Shown here: positions 62,501 through 64,000 of the stretch, in pieces | Layout of the letters: each line of letters starts with the position of its first letter | Numbering within the stretch: position 1 is the stretch's first letter | Assembly (NCBI GenBank): GCA_043228905.1 | Contig: JBHGNT010000006.1 | Span: forward strand, 15,686,001-15,750,000 | Length of the DNA stretch: 64,000 nucleotides | From: Azolla caroliniana | Taxonomy: Eukaryota > Plantae > Polypodiophyta | Direction: 5' to 3' | Translations under genes and position numbers: made by a program | The notes under the pieces: generated by a model | The model's input: the letters and a program-made list of their open reading frames with translations, nothing else | Told to the model about the DNA's origin: nothing | Databases searched by the model: none

Positions 62501-64000
62501 GCTACATTTAAAAACATTTGATTGTGTTTTCTTGGTTGAGTCTATATAACATTAACTACTTTCGCAAGACACTTAATTTTTGTGGATAAATCTAGTGACC
62601 GAATGGGGGTTCCTAACGAGAGTGAGTTGTCAAGTAACTCATGCATATCTGAAAGGACTAAGAGACGAGTGGTTCTTCACATAGTCCGTTATTTGGTAGA
62701 AATAACGAAGAGATTTAGTGAAGAGGATCGTAGGGATATTATCTGTAGAGTGTTACACCATCAAAGTTTGAATGAAGACATGGAGAAAATAAAATTTAGG
62801 GACCAATGTGTTTCAGAAGAGATTGTGGAGTCTATGAAGTCATCCCTAGACTTAGTGAAAGGTGGAGAGAGCATAGACAAACTTGCTGCAAAGAGGGCAG
62901 CCCTACACATGGTTGTGAACGGTGCGAGAGAAAAAAAATATAGTGATACTAAAGTTGCCTTAGCCCTGGGTATTCAAAGAAGGAACTTGAGGAAACATCG
63001 CCGAAATATACACTCAAGCAAATTCAAGTGGCTGGGGTCGGGATGTAGACGATGCTGTGATACCTTATCTCAAGAGATTATTGAGAAAGTGGATTCATTT
63101 TGGGCCAAAAATACGCGTGTCTCACCAAATAAGAAGGACGTGTGTAGACAACGAATAAGTCAGGGTAAGTACCAGATTCACCCTAGACACTTCTTGGAGA
63201 TGACAGAGGTATTCCATTTTTTTATATCAATTCACATTCCATAACTTTGTGTTTTGACCAAGTGTATATTAATGTTTGCTATATATATTGGTTGATGTAG
63301 GCTGAATTGTACATGAACTTTAAAGACCAACATCCAAGCTTGACTATTGGATTCCGCAAGTTCCAAGGTTTGAAACCATTTTATGTTAGAAAATTAAATG
63401 AGAGGAATACATGTTGTTGTGTGTACCATGTGAAGATGAACATGTTAAGGCTAGCAGTGAATGCAATGCGTACTGATTCTAAGGGTATACACGGGGAATT
63501 ATGTGTCTGCACTTGTGAGATTTGTAGACCAAATGGGGAGGATAATAGGTGTAATGCACGAAACATGACTTATGCATCCGTTTCTGAGCTATGGAGGTCT
63601 TGTGTTTGTGAAAAAGAACCATCATGTGAGTGGCATCGTCATACATGTCTATTAAGAACATATAAGGTTTGTCCGCTACCATTATTTTGTAAGCAGGAGC
63701 TTGATATGGGAAATAATCATATTGTGAAATGGAAATATTTGGAGTATGTGACTGAAAATATTGGCAAGGGAGTTGTAACTAAGCGTATCAAGGAAGTATA
63801 TAAGGAGACATGTGCTGCTACCCTTGTCTCAGAATTTAAGAAACAACTTGGGGAGTTTATTCCACATAACTTCCGGAGTTATTGGCAAAATTCACAGTTC
63901 AAGGAATGTATTAATAACTTACCAACGGGTGTCATCATATCCGTTATTGATTTTGCAGAAAACTATACATTTAAAGTTTAAAATGAGGTTCAATCAATGC
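62501..64000 (+). pseudogene. Second DNA transposase (DFAENY family, Sola2-like), intron 63209-63300, premature stop 63979-63981, runs off the window
   Basis: KPFYVRK..RNTCCCVYH, Cys clusters, H..RSYWQNSQF, VIDFAENYTFKV*NEVQS; the GT-AG intron joins MTE|AELY in frame. Confidence 0.7.

Overview
Repeat-dense eukaryotic plant DNA, most like a non-seed plant such as a fern (inferred from the element families, short GT-AG introns and heavy CG/CHG deamination). I recognise no ordinary host gene. The window is a nested stack of Ty1/Copia and Ty3/Gypsy LTR retrotransposons (two Copia ORFs are intact), one L1-type LINE that has been interrupted twice, a non-autonomous LTR element holding an inverted copy of its own family, and two Sola-like DNA-transposase loci. 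The standout is 14.8-22.5 kb. There a degenerate Sola/DUF7869-like transposase gene (minus strand) lies head-to-head with a degenerate, intron-containing gene (plus strand). That gene encodes a ParB/Srx-like domain fused to a bacterial/phage-type beta-class amino (N6-adenine/N4-cytosine) DNA methyltransferase, with motif IV DIPY and motif I DLFSGTGTT, the latter split by an intron. Between the two genes is an array of ~50-bp-period palindromes with core CTCGATAC-N3-GTATCGAG. The ORF track misses this methyltransferase because introns and stop codons break it up. All calls are from manual reading; no database searches were run.
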